Shown here: piece after piece, positions 40,575 to 51,720 of the stretch | Numbering within the stretch: position 1 is the stretch's first letter | How the letters are laid out: each line of letters starts with the position of its first letter | NCBI GenBank assembly: GCA_965218435.1 | Contig: CBDCKW010000009.1 | Coordinates: forward strand, 576,001 to 640,000 | DNA from: Truepera sp. | GTDB taxonomy: Bacteria; Deinococcota; Deinococci; Deinococcales; Trueperaceae | Direction: 5' to 3' | DNA length: 64,000 nucleotides | Position numbers and translations under genes: made by a program | Notes under the pieces: generated by a model | The model's input: only the letters and a program-made list of their open reading frames with translations | The model's database searches: none | Told to the model about the DNA's origin: nothing

Positions 40575-41006
40575 ATGAGCCTCGAGCACGAAGTTTATTT
40601 AAGCCTGCAACGTCTCGCCACCGCCCTCAGCTACGAAGCCGCCGAACTGTTTAAGGCGTACGGCCTAAGTGCCCCGCAATTTAACATCTTGCGGATTTTA
40701 CGCGGCGCGGCCGGGAGGAACCTAGAACACCCCGGCCTTTCGGCGCACGACATCGGGGAACGGCTGCTCGTTCACGCGCCCGACCTGACGCGGCTCCTAG
40801 ACCGGATGGGCACGCAGGGGCTCATTGCCCGTTGCCGTAAAACCACGGACCGGCGGGTCGTCACTGTTCGCCTGACCGACAAAGGACGCCAACTCCTCGC
40901 TGACCTCGACACGCCGCTGCTGGAGCTGCACCAACGTCAGTTTGCCGCCCTTGACCAAGCACAGTTAGAAACGCTGCAAGGGCTGCTCGAGCTAACTCAA
41001 GCGTAG
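40575..41006 (+). CDS. MarR family transcriptional regulator (start uncertain)
   Basis: GLSAPQFNILRIL, DLTRLLDRM...GLI.R....DRR...VRLT.KG. Confidence 0.88.
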   Translation: MSLEHEVYLSLQRLATALSYEAAELFKAYGLSAPQFNILRILRGAAGRNLEHPGLSAHDIGERLLVHAPDLTRLLDRMGTQGLIARCRKTTDRRVVTVRLTDKGRQLLADLDTPLLELHQRQFAALDQAQLETLQGLLELTQA

Positions 41007-41025
41007 GGCTGAACTTTTAGGAAAA

Positions 41026-41454
41026 ATGATGTCTGACGTAACCGTTACCTCTATGCCCGCTGCCACTTCGAACAGTGTCTCCCTCGGCCTCGCTAGTGTT
41101 GCGCGTCGTGGTCGGAATTGTGTTCGTTTATCACGGCTACGACAAGTTCTTCGCAACGGGAATCGCCGGGACGACCGGGTTTTTTACGCAGATCGGTGCG
41201 CCGCTGCCAGGCGTTGCCGCTCGTGGCGGTGCTCGAGTTTGCCGGGGGAATTGCGCTAATTAGGACTCTTTACACGGCCTATCGCCGGACTGCTCGCCCT
41301 TGACATCTTGGCCGCACTCTTTCTCGTTCACCTGCCGAACGGCTTTTCGGCGCAAAACGGGGGCTACGAGTTTGTTCTGACGCTCGCACTGGTTTTAACC
41401 GGCCCTGGAGCCTACGCGTTAGACACGCTGCTCGGCCGTGGGCGCTCGAGCTAA
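41026..41454 (+). pseudogene. DoxX family membrane protein, multiply frameshifted
   Basis: LVLRVVVGIVFVYHGYDKF / LEFAGGIALI / GLFTRPIA...VHLPNGF...GGYEF lie in different frames. Confidence 0.8.
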
Positions 41455-41510
41455 AACCCGTACGGGCAAGGTACAACCTGCAAAAGCAGCGTTGCCTACC
41501 CCTTCACCAT

Positions 41511-41975
41511 TTAGATTTCATGATCGGCCGCAGCCAGCGCCGTGCGGTTCACCTGCGGCAGTAAAAACCCATGAACCGGCGGCAACCCCGTGACCGTCAC
41601 CCAGTCGCCCGCCGCGAGCGTGTCAGACAGTGGTGCAAAACTCCCGATGACGAGCGGCGCACCCGCGTCAATCACGATCATCCGGCCCTGCCGCAACACC
41701 ACGACGCCCCACGCTCTCAAGTGACTTGGGCCGAGGACAACCACTTTACGCACCTTTTCTTCAGCTGGCTCGACCTGCTCGGTGCTTAGAGACAAGATAA
41801 GTTTGGCGGGGCCGATAGGGGCGCTGTAGGGGCCGGTGCGCTCTAGCACGCCGAAGATCACCCCGGCGGCGCGGCACTCGAGCAGCGGACTCCCCTCGGT
41901 GTGCGCGAAGAGCGTAACGTCGGCGGCGTAGGGCCGCCACTGAGTGATAAAACTTTCGACCGACTCTTCGAACAT
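41511..41975 (-). CDS. Hypothetical protein
   Basis: Host-like codon usage; TAGACT -10 box 6 nt before ATG. Confidence 0.65.
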   Translation of the reverse strand: MFEESVESFITQWRPYAADVTLFAHTEGSPLLECRAAGVIFGVLERTGPYSAPIGPAKLILSLSTEQVEPAEEKVRKVVVLGPSHLRAWGVVVLRQGRMIVIDAGAPLVIGSFAPLSDTLAAGDWVTVTGLPPVHGFLLPQVNRTALAAADHEI

Positions 41976-42258
41976 GCGCTGAGTCTACCAAGCTGCCGAG
42001 CGCGGCGCTTGACTGCGGCTTAAGGCTTAAGGTGTAGCTTGCCCTCACGTATTCACCGCTGAGGACAGCTAAACGCGCCTTTGTCAAGGTGCCGGGACGC
42101 TGCGCCGAAACACCCTCGAGGTTTACCGGCGACTGGGCTGCTCCGGGCGCGTGTGCTAGAGTGAGCTAGTGAAGTCGCCTTTTGGCCCCGTCTAAACCGT
42201 CCCGCCGCTTGGCTGGGCGGATTTTTGTGGTGTACGGTATCAGAGGGCGCAGGAGGAT

Positions 42259-42975
42259 ATGATGCTCGAGACCCTAAATCAGGTGCAGCAGCGCGACCTA
42301 GACCTCGACGCGCTTTTAGAAGAGCGGGGACAGACGCCGACGGAACTTACCCGTTTACGCGAACAGATCGCGCACCTTCAGGTTGAGCTGGCAGCCGCCG
42401 AAGTGCGTTACGGCGAGCTCCGCAAAGAGGTTTCGCGGGGTGAAATGGAGCTTAAAACCCTCGACGAGCGCCGTAAAAGTTCGGCGCAGGGGGCGCTCGA
42501 GGCTGCCACCGCCAAAGAAGCCGCGCAGTACCAAAACCAAGAGATGCAGTTTGCTACCCGTTACCAAGAACTCGAGGAAGATACCCTGCCGCTGATGGAA
42601 CGTTTGGAAGGCTTTGAGGAAGACGTCAACCGGTTACGCGGCGACATCGAGGATTTGGAACCCGAGCTCGAGAGCGCCGCCGAAGCCGAATCCGCCCGTG
42701 TCAAAGAGGTAGACGACCGGATCGAAACGCTCGTAGCCGAGCGTGAAAAGGTCGCTGAAGAAGTAGACGCTCCGCTCTTAAAACAGTATGAGCAGGTGCG
42801 CAAAGCGCGGCGCGGCGTCGGCCTCGTTGAGATTGTGGACAATCAGCGGTGCGGCGGCTGCAATGTGCGGCTGCCGATTCACGTCATTCAAAAGTCGCGG
42901 AGCGGCAAAGGCGTGACGCGTTGCCCGAGTTGCGGGCGGCTGCTCTGGGCAAAAGAGGCGCAGCCGACGAGCTAA
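42259..42975 (+). CDS. Coiled-coil + C4 zinc-ribbon protein (DUF164/CT398-like)
   Basis: Long coiled coil, CGGC...CPSCGRLL; AGGAGG SD. Confidence 0.85.
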   Translation: MMLETLNQVQQRDLDLDALLEERGQTPTELTRLREQIAHLQVELAAAEVRYGELRKEVSRGEMELKTLDERRKSSAQGALEAATAKEAAQYQNQEMQFATRYQELEEDTLPLMERLEGFEEDVNRLRGDIEDLEPELESAAEAESARVKEVDDRIETLVAEREKVAEEVDAPLLKQYEQVRKARRGVGLVEIVDNQRCGGCNVRLPIHVIQKSRSGKGVTRCPSCGRLLWAKEAQPTS

Positions 42976-42981
42976 GCGGCG

Positions 42982-43894
42982 ATGCGTTACGCTGAACTGC
43001 TTTTGTACGGGCCTCATGACCTGCGCTGGACTGAGGGTAAGTTAGCGCCGCCTGGACCGAATGAGGTGTGGTTGGGGACCCTTGCCGGAAGTATAAGTGT
43101 CGGCACCGAAGGCCCGCTCTACCGGGGCGACGCACGCGGAGTCAGCCCATCTGTCTATCCGCTGATGACCGGCTACGAAAGTCTGGCCCAGGTCGTCCGT
43201 ACCGGAAAAAATGCAGACGTTCAGGTAGGCGAGAAGGTTGTCTCAACTTACGGTCACCGCACCGCCGCGTGCGTTTCGGCTGCTAAGCTGATGCGTGTGC
43301 CGGAAGGTATACCTGATGAAATTGCGCTTTTAGCTATTTTGGCGAACGACTCGAGTAGGGGCGTCGGCAAATTACACCTCAAACCTGAAGATACGGTGCT
43401 CATTACCGGAGCCGGAACGATAGGGTTGTTGGCGCTTTACCGTTTGCGCTGGTTGGGACTTCAAGTTGACGTCGTTGAACCCGAGCCGGAGCGGAGAAGG
43501 TTGGCGCTTACGTTGGGCGCACGAAACGTCTTTTCACCTGACGAACTTAAAGATGAGCTGTACGCCGCCGGGGTGGAGTGCTCGAGCACCCAAGCTGCTT
43601 TTGCTACCTTGCAACGTCATCTGCAACCGGGCGGTCAAGTGTGTTTTAGCGGACGGAAACCTCGAGCCGCTCATTCTGCTCCCTGAGTTCCACGCCCGCG
43701 AGTTGTCAATCGTCGCGTCGTCAGCTGGGGAAGATTATCCGGGCTATGCTCAGACTTTTTTCGAGTATTGGCTTGTAAATAAAGCGCCGTTGGGCAAGCT
43801 TTTCACCCTGCGGATTACGGCTGACGAACTCCCTGAAACGTTTGAAAAGCTGGCGATAGATAGGCCGATCAAAGTTTTTGTGGATTACCGGTGA
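42982..43894 (+). pseudogene. Zinc-binding alcohol dehydrogenase-like (MDR) protein with a frameshift near 43640
   Basis: SISVGTE, GYES, GAGTIG; C-terminus (CVLADGN..FH.REL...IKVFVDY) in another frame; apparent GT loss in GTGTGT. Confidence 0.75.
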
Positions 43895-44418
43895 ACGCCC
43901 AAGTGCAACGTGCATATGCTAATGATTTGGGAGAGGTGTTGGACCTGTTCGATTCGGTGCAGGCTTGGCTCGTCGCCTGTGGTCTAAAAGAGCAGTGGGG
44001 TAGCGCACCGTTTTCGGTAGATGAAATGCAGCGGCGACGGTTTGCAGTTTGGATAAGAGCCGGACACTTCTTTCTGATAAAGCTCAATGGAGAAGTTGTC
44101 GGGACACTCGTTTTCAGTCCGGAACCGCCGGACTATGCCCGAAACGCTTGTGGTGAACGCGTTCCGGGTAGCTACCTCGAGGCGTTCGCCGTTCGCCGCG
44201 ACTACGCCGGACAAGGTGTCGGTACAACTCTGCTGAACTGGGCAGAGCATGAAGCTCTGAGTAGAGGCTCAGACATTCTCCGGCTCGACTGCTGGGCTGA
44301 AAATGAGGTTTTACGTTCGTACTACCGCCGCGCCGGATTCTCTGAGGCCGCTTTACTTATGCTTGGCGACTGGCACGGCGTCATGTTTGAAAAACGACTC
44401 AAAGCTCCGTCGCTTTAG
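43891..44418 (+). CDS. GNAT family N-acetyltransferase
   Basis: [17 protein letters not shown]...N..LR.YY...GF. Confidence 0.88.
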   Translation: MNAQVQRAYANDLGEVLDLFDSVQAWLVACGLKEQWGSAPFSVDEMQRRRFAVWIRAGHFFLIKLNGEVVGTLVFSPEPPDYARNACGERVPGSYLEAFAVRRDYAGQGVGTTLLNWAEHEALSRGSDILRLDCWAENEVLRSYYRRAGFSEAALLMLGDWHGVMFEKRLKAPSL

Positions 44419-44833
44419 TCTCCGGCAGGGCTTCACGCAAAAACTTCACCACGTCTTGCGTGCTCGTCCCCGGCGTAAAAATCGTCGCCACGCCCATCGC
44501 TCTGAGTTTCGGCAAATCTTCATCCGGGACGATGCCGCCGCCGAAGACTAAAATGTCCTCGGCTCCACGGGCTCGCAGTTTGTCGGTCACTTCTTGAAAG
44601 TAGTGCAGGTGTGCGCCCGATAAAACCGACAAGCCCACTACGTCTACGTCTTCTTGGACGGCGGCCGAAACGATCATGTCGCTCGTCTGCCGGAGACCCG
44701 TATAAATGACTTCCATCCCGGCGTCGCGGAGGGCGCGGGCGATAACTTTTGCGCCCCGGTCGTGACCGTCTAAACCGGGTTTGGCGATCAAGATGCGGAG
44801 GGGACGAGGTTTGGTTTCTTCAGCTTGCGTCAT
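44399..44833 (-). CDS. Methylmalonyl-CoA mutase cobalamin-binding subunit
   Basis: [14 protein letters not shown] (DxHxxG), [15 protein letters not shown]. Confidence 0.92.
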   Translation of the reverse strand: MTQAEETKPRPLRILIAKPGLDGHDRGAKVIARALRDAGMEVIYTGLRQTSDMIVSAAVQEDVDVVGLSVLSGAHLHYFQEVTDKLRARGAEDILVFGGGIVPDEDLPKLRAMGVATIFTPGTSTQDVVKFLREALPETKATEL

Positions 44834-46479
44834 CAGACGACCGCCGGTTCCAGGTAGCTGCCGTAAACCGTGCGGAGTACGTTCATCTGTTCACCTAACG
44901 TGCAGTAAGCGTGCGCACACGCCATAAATGCGGGCATGGTGTTTTGGCCCTCTTTGGCTGCTTTTTGCAGACTCTCGAGCGCGTCTCGCGCAGCTTGTGG
45001 GTCTCGTTCTCGGCGTACCTGCTCGAGCCGCTGCTGCTGCACCCTTTCTACTTCTGGGTCGAAAGGCAACAGCGGCGTCTCTTGAGCTTCCGAGACGAAG
45101 GCGTTGACCCCGACCGTCAGGCGTTCAGCGGTGTCGAACTCGCGCTGCTGCTGATACGACGCGTCGCCGATTTCAGCGGCAAAAAAACCTGCGTCAATCG
45201 CGGCTTCAACGCCGCCGAGGGCGTCAATTTGCTCAAAGTAGGCGAGACAGGCTCCCTCGAGCGAATCCGTCAGTGTCTCTAAATAGTACGAGCCCCCAAG
45301 TGGGTCGGCGGTGTTGCCGACGCCTGTTTCATAAGCGATCACCTGCTGCGTTCTAAGTGCAAGCGTTGCAGCTTCTTCCGTTGGGAGTGCTAGGGCTTCA
45401 TCGAACGAATCGGTATGAAGGCTGTTGGTCCCGCCCAGCACGCCCGCCAAAGCTTGAATAGCAACCCTGGCAATATTGACCTGCGGTTGCTGCGCCGTTA
45501 AAGAGACCCCAGCGGTCTGCGCGTGCGTCCGGAGCATCCAAGATCTAGGGTTTTTTGCGCCGTAAACCTCGCGCATTTGCCGCGCCCAAATCCGCCGCGC
45601 CGCCCGAAACTTGGCGATCTCTTCAAAAAAGTCGTTGTGGACGTTGAAGAAAAACGAGATGCGCGGCGCGAACTCATCTATGTCGAGGCCGCGCTCTAAC
45701 GCCTTGCGGACGTAGTGGATGCTGTCGGCAAGGGTAAACGCCAACTCTTGCACCGCTGTACTGCCCGCCTCACGGATGTGGTAGCCCGAGACCGAGATAA
45801 AGTTCCACTTCGGTACGTGCTTCGGCCCCCACTCGAAGGTGTCGATGACCAGCTCAACCGAGGGTGCGGGGGGAAAGATATACTCTTTTTGCGCGATAAA
45901 CTCTTTTAAGATGTCGTTTTGCAGCGTCCCGCCCACCTTGCCGAGGTCAGCACCGCGTTTTTCGGCGTTCGCCAAGTACATCGCCCAGATTGCGTTGGCG
46001 GGGCTGTTGATGGTCATCGAAGTGGTCACAGCTTCCACGTCAATGCCGTCAAAAAGTATTTCCATATCGGCCAAAGACGAGACCGCCACGCCCATCTTGC
46101 CGACCTCGCCCCGGGCCATCTCATCGTCGGCGTCGTAGCCCATCAGCGTCGGTAGATCAAACGCGGTTGAGAGTCCGGTTTGGCCTGCCGCTAAAAGCTT
46201 CTTAAACCGCGCGTTGGTCTGCGCGGCAGAACCAAACCCGGCAAACTGCCGCATCGTCCAGAGTTTGCTTCTATACATGCTCGCCTGGACGCCGCGCGTA
46301 TACGGGTACTCGCCAGGGTAACCGAGCTTCTCGTCCGGGTTAAAACCTTCTAGGTCTTCGTGGGTATAAACCGGCTCGACCGGAAGGTTTGAAAGTGTCC
46401 GAAACGGGTAAGGACGCTCAGGCACACGCAGGGTGGCGGCGCGGTAACTCGCCTCGAGCCACGCTTTTTTCGGTTTCAT
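44833..46479 (-). CDS. Methylmalonyl-CoA mutase large (catalytic) subunit
   Basis: [52 protein letters not shown]. Confidence 0.93.
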   Translation of the reverse strand: MKPKKAWLEASYRAATLRVPERPYPFRTLSNLPVEPVYTHEDLEGFNPDEKLGYPGEYPYTRGVQASMYRSKLWTMRQFAGFGSAAQTNARFKKLLAAGQTGLSTAFDLPTLMGYDADDEMARGEVGKMGVAVSSLADMEILFDGIDVEAVTTSMTINSPANAIWAMYLANAEKRGADLGKVGGTLQNDILKEFIAQKEYIFPPAPSVELVIDTFEWGPKHVPKWNFISVSGYHIREAGSTAVQELAFTLADSIHYVRKALERGLDIDEFAPRISFFFNVHNDFFEEIAKFRAARRIWARQMREVYGAKNPRSWMLRTHAQTAGVSLTAQQPQVNIARVAIQALAGVLGGTNSLHTDSFDEALALPTEEAATLALRTQQVIAYETGVGNTADPLGGSYYLETLTDSLEGACLAYFEQIDALGGVEAAIDAGFFAAEIGDASYQQQREFDTAERLTVGVNAFVSEAQETPLLPFDPEVERVQQQRLEQVRRERDPQAARDALESLQKAAKEGQNTMPAFMACAHAYCTLGEQMNVLRTVYGSYLEPAVV

Positions 46480-46523
46480 AAGGCTAGTATAGCGCCGCCG
46501 CGTTCTCTTTTGACCGTATAGAC

Positions 46524-47552
46524 CTAATTCGTGAAGGGTAGCCGGGTTACGGCCGCTTGTACCTGAGCTACCGTAAGCAGCTCGCCCGCTTCGATTTCGG
46601 TGCGAACACTGCCGAGCGCAATCACGCCCAACTGCGGATGTACCGCGACGCTCCCCAACCGTCCGACCGTTTTGCCGTCTTTTGTAAGGTCGCGTACGCC
46701 GGGATCGGGGAACGCCGTAAGTTTAAGTCCGACGAGCCGTCGCCGAACCTTGCCCCGCGCCTCGATTCGCGCCATGATCTCTTGGCCCAAGTAGCAGCCT
46801 TTACGGTACGAGAGCGCGTAGGTAAGCCCCGCTTCTTGTGGCAGTACGCCTTCGCCCCCTTCAAACTCTGCCTCGGCAATCCCGGCGGCGATACGGTGAG
46901 CTTCTAAAGCGTCTTCTCCGGCAAGTCCTGCCCGGGCGTCTTGCAGCGCCCCAACCAACGCTTCGGTGTCCCTGGTTAAAACATGCAGGTCAAACCCTCC
47001 GGCGCGGCTCCGGGCGACCGGGCTCACAAGCACCTTAGCTGAGGCGAACGGGACTTGAATAAAGGTGTCGGGTGCGGGTAATTCAGCGTTAAAAACCTTT
47101 TGCAACGCCTGTGCTGCCTTCTCGCCCTGAAGCGTCAGCGCGGTTAAGCTGCCCTCCAAGTTTTCAATCTCTACCTGGTCAAAGATGATATGGGCGCGTA
47201 GTCCAGCCTCGAGCCCCTCCGCACTACCCCCTTCGGGCGCGACGAAGAGGTCGTCGTCCCGGCGGTAGAGGCGCAGCAGCGCGAGGGCGTGGCCGCGAAT
47301 GTTGAGCCTCAAGGCGGCGCGGCCCTCACCGGGTTGCAGACGTTTGACCTCATTACTGACCTGGCCGTGGAGAAACTCGAGCCTGTCGTTTCCGGTCAAT
47401 CTGAGCGCACCTGTCCCGAGTAGCGGCACGAGACCTACAGTTTCCAGGCTGCCAAATTCGGCTGCAGGGTCGCCAAAGTTCCTGACGCGGCCCTCTTTAA
47501 GCTGTGCGCCTCTGTCTAGCCAAAGGTCGTTTTGCGTATCTGTCGTTGTCAT
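46524..47552 (-). CDS. ygfZ: YgfZ/GcvT-like folate-binding protein
   Basis: KGCYLGQE motif; [12 protein letters not shown]. Confidence 0.85.
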   Translation of the reverse strand: MTTTDTQNDLWLDRGAQLKEGRVRNFGDPAAEFGSLETVGLVPLLGTGALRLTGNDRLEFLHGQVSNEVKRLQPGEGRAALRLNIRGHALALLRLYRRDDDLFVAPEGGSAEGLEAGLRAHIIFDQVEIENLEGSLTALTLQGEKAAQALQKVFNAELPAPDTFIQVPFASAKVLVSPVARSRAGGFDLHVLTRDTEALVGALQDARAGLAGEDALEAHRIAAGIAEAEFEGGEGVLPQEAGLTYALSYRKGCYLGQEIMARIEARGKVRRRLVGLKLTAFPDPGVRDLTKDGKTVGRLGSVAVHPQLGVIALGSVRTEIEAGELLTVAQVQAAVTRLPFTN

Positions 47553-47656
47553 ACGCTTTCATAGCACAGTTGCACGGACGTTTGACGTCACGCAAAACAC
47601 GGCTGGCTGCTCTGGTTTTTGGTGAGGTAGTGCCGGTACTTCGGTAAGCTTAAATC

Positions 47657-48574
47657 TTACTCCGAGTTCGACAAGCGGCCACCGCGCCAGCGGTAGAGCG
47701 CCCGTTGCCACGCCCGCTGCGTTGACGATCCGGCGTAGCGTTCGGCAAAGTCGGTGGCGGCTTGCTCGGAACCGACGTCGCGGCCGTACTGCTGTTTTAA
47801 GTAGTAGCGGTGATCCATAATCCACAAGTAGAGGTCGGCTTCGGTACGCCCCGGAAAGCGGCGCAAGACGCGGTGCTCACGGATTTCGTCGACGACGCGC
47901 AGGTAAAAGCGGTCGTACCACGAGCCCACCGCCTCTTCCCACGAGACCTCGCGCTGATACTTGAGGCCCAGGTAATACTGCCGGGTGCCGATGTGCTCGA
48001 GCAACACGTCATAACGGCCCGTTACGGTAAACAAAATCTCGTAGTGGCCGGGGCGCACCCGGTTCAGCTGCGTTTTTTCTAAAAAGTCGGCGTATTCACC
48101 CTTGATAATCACTTCTTTTAAGGTGTCCGCTGAGTTGGGCGGTACCGATACGCTCAGCTCGATGATCTCGGCGTCAATAAACTTCTGTCCGGCGTTACGG
48201 GCAACTGACACTCTATGGTGACCGTCTTTAACGAAGTAGACCTCGCCGACCTTATAGACGCTGATCGGCGGCAGCTCTTTGCCCTCGAGTCCCGCTTGCC
48301 GAATCCCGGCCCAACGCTCGACGGTGTGACCCACCCGGGGCAAAAAGTAGTGGTCGAAGTCGCGGTAACGGTCAACTGAGCCGACAATCTGCCCAATCGG
48401 AATCGGTTTGACGCCGCCGTAGCTTTCGCCTGCCGGATGCAAGTTTTTAACGGCGCTGAACGGCAGAAGTTCGTTAGGTATCCCCCGGAGGTTGTGCGTA
48501 ACGTTATGCCAAAACGCCCGACTCCGCGCCTTTTCTGCGTCTCGCCGTGCTCGGCGCTGGTATATTCCGTCCAC
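47657..48574 (-). CDS. ParB/Srx-like + DUF4032 domain protein
   Basis: IVGSVDRY.DFD..F.P, LPPI.VYK.G..YFV.DGHHRVSVA, FPGRTEADLYLWI.DH. Confidence 0.75.
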   Translation of the reverse strand: MDGIYQRRARRDAEKARSRAFWHNVTHNLRGIPNELLPFSAVKNLHPAGESYGGVKPIPIGQIVGSVDRYRDFDHYFLPRVGHTVERWAGIRQAGLEGKELPPISVYKVGEVYFVKDGHHRVSVARNAGQKFIDAEIIELSVSVPPNSADTLKEVIIKGEYADFLEKTQLNRVRPGHYEILFTVTGRYDVLLEHIGTRQYYLGLKYQREVSWEEAVGSWYDRFYLRVVDEIREHRVLRRFPGRTEADLYLWIMDHRYYLKQQYGRDVGSEQAATDFAERYAGSSTQRAWQRALYRWRGGRLSNSE

Positions 48575-48838
48575 TGCACCCTCCTCTCTGCTGTAAGCGT
48601 AACTGGACTTTGTAAAGACTATGTGATGTGATTTGCCGCCACGTGCAGTTCAGCGCATGTTACCTACACCCTTATTATAGAGCACACCTATGCTCCCGGA
48701 GGTAGGGAAAAATGCCCTAAATATAGTGTGACAAGTCTTCCTGAAGCCTCACTTAAGGGTGCGCTGCAGATCAACGTGGGATTTTTACAGTGTTCGGCGG
48801 CGTGCGTAGGCCCGGTAGCTGCGGCCGGAGTCCAAAAG

Positions 48839-49477
48839 TCAAAGCTCGAGCACCGTAAACCCGAACGCGTTGACTACCCGGACGCCCGCGTCGGTCACAT
48901 ATTCGCGCGGCGCGTTGGCTCCGCTCAGGTGGACGTGGCCGTGAATATGCACTTTGGGTTTCCAGCGGTCGTCAAAACTGTTAAAGGCGCCGACCCCGCG
49001 GTGCGGGTAGTCCGCGCCTTCATGCGGGCCTCGGGGCGCGGCGTGGGTGAGTAAAATGTCAACGGCGCGGCCGTAACGCAGCTGATTGTAAAGGAGGCGC
49101 GGGGTCAGTTTTTGGGTCATCAGGCGCATCTGCAGTTCGGTGTATTGGTGGGGGCCGGGGCGGTAGCGCGGACTGCCTTCAATCCCGGCGATCAGCACGC
49201 CGCCGACCTCGAGCACCCGCTCATGCGCGTTGATGCAGCCTCCCGGCAAGCTGACCTGCTGCGCTGTTTCCGGGTCGTCACGCCGCACGTACTCTTCGCG
49301 GTGGTTGCCCAAAACGTACACCGGTTGGGTGTTGGTCAGGCGCGTGGCGACAAATTCCAAAAGGTAGCCCGGAATGTCCCCGGCGGAGAGCACCATGTCA
49401 AAGGACGGGAGGTTTTTAGGGAAATTTGCCGAATAGATAAACGGCGAAACCTCGTCGGCAATAGCCAAAATACGCAC
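48839..49477 (-). CDS. Calcineurin-like metallophosphoesterase
   Basis: AIADE, SAGD, VLGNH, LLTHAAP, HGHVH. Confidence 0.88.
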   Translation of the reverse strand: MRILAIADEVSPFIYSANFPKNLPSFDMVLSAGDIPGYLLEFVATRLTNTQPVYVLGNHREEYVRRDDPETAQQVSLPGGCINAHERVLEVGGVLIAGIEGSPRYRPGPHQYTELQMRLMTQKLTPRLLYNQLRYGRAVDILLTHAAPRGPHEGADYPHRGVGAFNSFDDRWKPKVHIHGHVHLSGANAPREYVTDAGVRVVNAFGFTVLEL

Positions 49478-49560
49478 AGGCGGTTATACCGTAAAATCTC
49501 AGAAAAAGTGTCTCGAGCCCTCATGTTGGACCCAGGATAAGTTTGCGCCTAAAAAGCCGC

Positions 49561-50659
49561 TCAGCTGCCCCCACGCTCCCGAGCACGCCACTCGAGCCCC
49601 GACCAGACCAACCCTTCGATGTCGCCGTCTAAGATATTGTCCGGGTCGTGCCGCATCTCGCCCGAGCGGTGGTCTTTGACGTACTGTTTATCGAGCACAT
49701 ACGAGCGAATCTGCGAGCCCCATTCGATAGCTTTTTGCTCGCCACGGGCGGCGGCCTGCTCGTCGCGGCGGCGGCGCTCCTCGCGTTCAAAAAGCCGCGA
49801 TTTCAGGACCGTCATCGCCTTTTCACGGTTTTTGATCTGCGATTTACCGTCTTGACACGTCACGACGATCTCGTCGGGCGTGCCCTGTTTGTAGACGACC
49901 CGCACCGCCGAGTCGGTGGTGTTGACCGATTGTCCGCCCGGTCCCGAAGAGCGGTACACGTCTACCCGGACATCTTTGGGGTCAACGGTCACGTCGCCCT
50001 CGTCGGCGATTTCCGGCATCACTTCAACGGAGGCGAACGAGGTGTGGCGGCGGTTTTGCGCGTCAAAAGGGGAGACCCGTACGAGCCGGTGAACGCCCGA
50101 CTCGACCTGCATCAGGCCGTAAGCGCGTTCGCCGCGGACAATCAGCTGCGCGTAATCCACCCCGTTCGGAGCCGAGTCGTTGCCCACGGCGTCCAAAAGT
50201 TCGACGTTCATCCCTTGGCGTTCGGCGTAACGGCGGTACATCCGCCAGAGCATCCCCGCCCAATCGGACGATTCGGTGCCGCCCGCCCCCGGTTTGATGG
50301 TCACAATCGCGGCGCTCTCGTCGTGACGGCCTGAAAATAAGGTTTCGCGGTACAAGGCGTCGAGGTCTTTTTGTAGCGCCGCTTGTTCGCTCCCAAGCTC
50401 TTCGGCCTCTTCTTCGGACGCGCCCTCTAAGAGCTCGGCCAACCCGGTAAGGTCGCCCTCGAGCCGCCGATACGTTTCGACTACGCGCGTGAGCCGCGCC
50501 GCCTCTTGCGTTACGGCCCGCGCCTCGTCAGGATCGTTCCACAACTCAGGGTCGTTTAGTTTAGGTTCTAGGTCTCGTAGCCGCGCCTCTTTGCCCGCGA
50601 CGTCAAAGATACCCCCGGAGGGCGTGAAGTTGGTTTTGCTGGTCGGTCAGGTTAAACAT
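49561..50659 (-). CDS. prfB: Peptide chain release factor 2 with programmed +1 frameshift
   Basis: AGGAG SD, MFNLTDQQNQLHALRGYL then CTT TGA C (50602-50608); SPF and GGQ motifs. Confidence 0.95.
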
Positions 50660-50985
50660 CGGTGTCTCCTTTAGGGCTGCGCAGACGGCTCTACTCTTTA
50701 CGGCGCTGCGTACGCTTTTTGCGTCATGCACTGCCCAAAAGGTATGTTACCGTAAAGTTACAAGTTCGCGCGTTGTGTTTGGCTGACGGTTTAGGAACAA
50801 CAGACCAAGTAGCTTGTAGCCGCGTGCTTTGTGACGGCGCAGCACACGGGTCATCACAATATTCACGCAATTCACGTAACAGGAACTGCTGAGCTAGAGC
50901 CGCTGACGTCGGCTGCGAAGTGCAAGCTGAGTACGACCTGCAAAACGGACGCTGAGCGCGAGCGTAGAGGGACGGTGAATCACCT

Positions 50986-51720
50986 TTGCCGGAGGGACTA
51001 ACCTTATTAGATGTACTCGATATCTTGATTATCACCGTGGTGATCTATCAAGGGTACAAACTTTTTGTCGATTCGCGGGCGTGGAACGTGCTGCGTGGGT
51101 TTGCCTTTTTGCTGCTTTTGTGGCTTTTAGCGACGCGGCTTAACTTGGGGGCGACGCGCTGGATTTTCAACTACGCAGCCCCGGTCGCGCTTTTTGCGGT
51201 GATCGTGATCTTTCAACCCGAACTGCGGGCCGCTTTGGAGCGGGTCGGTCAAGGGCGGGGAACGCGGCCCGTCGAGCAAGACCCGGTGCCTGAAATTATG
51301 GCAGCGGTGCGTGAGTTAGCCGGGCAGCGGCGGGGGGCGCTCATCGCCATCGAACAAAAGGTACCGTTAGCCGAGTACGGCGCGGTCGGGTCCAGACTTA
51401 ATTCGCCGGTTTCAGCGGCGCTCTTACAGACCATTTTTGACTCGCGCGGCCCGCTGCACGACGGCGCGGTGCTGATTAAAGACGACACCATCACCTACGC
51501 GGGCGCGGTGTTTCCGCTGTCGGAAAGTCTCGAGGGTCTCTCTGCCAAACACGGCACCCGGCACCGGGCGGCGCTCGGTTTAGCCGAGGTCACCGACGCC
51601 CTCGTTCTCGTCGTCAGTGAAGAGCGGGGCAGCGTCTCGTACGGCAAAAACGGCGTGTTAAGGAGCGACGTCGCACCCGCTGAGGTGCTCCGGGCGTTGC
51701 GGGAGGCGTATGAGCGGTGA
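50986..51720 (+). CDS. dacA: Diadenylate cyclase CdaA
   Basis: Three N-terminal transmembrane helices; FQPELR, PLHDGA, GTRHRAA, VSEERG. Confidence 0.92.
   Translation: MPEGLTLLDVLDILIITVVIYQGYKLFVDSRAWNVLRGFAFLLLLWLLATRLNLGATRWIFNYAAPVALFAVIVIFQPELRAALERVGQGRGTRPVEQDPVPEIMAAVRELAGQRRGALIAIEQKVPLAEYGAVGSRLNSPVSAALLQTIFDSRGPLHDGAVLIKDDTITYAGAVFPLSESLEGLSAKHGTRHRAALGLAEVTDALVLVVSEERGSVSYGKNGVLRSDVAPAEVLRALREAYER

Noticed and set aside
49648..50334. 228-aa plus-strand ORF and similar long antisense ORFs elsewhere (e.g. 125..769, 24426..25001, 62206..62835)
   Set aside because: They overlap well-supported genes on the opposite strand, as expected in GC-rich coding DNA
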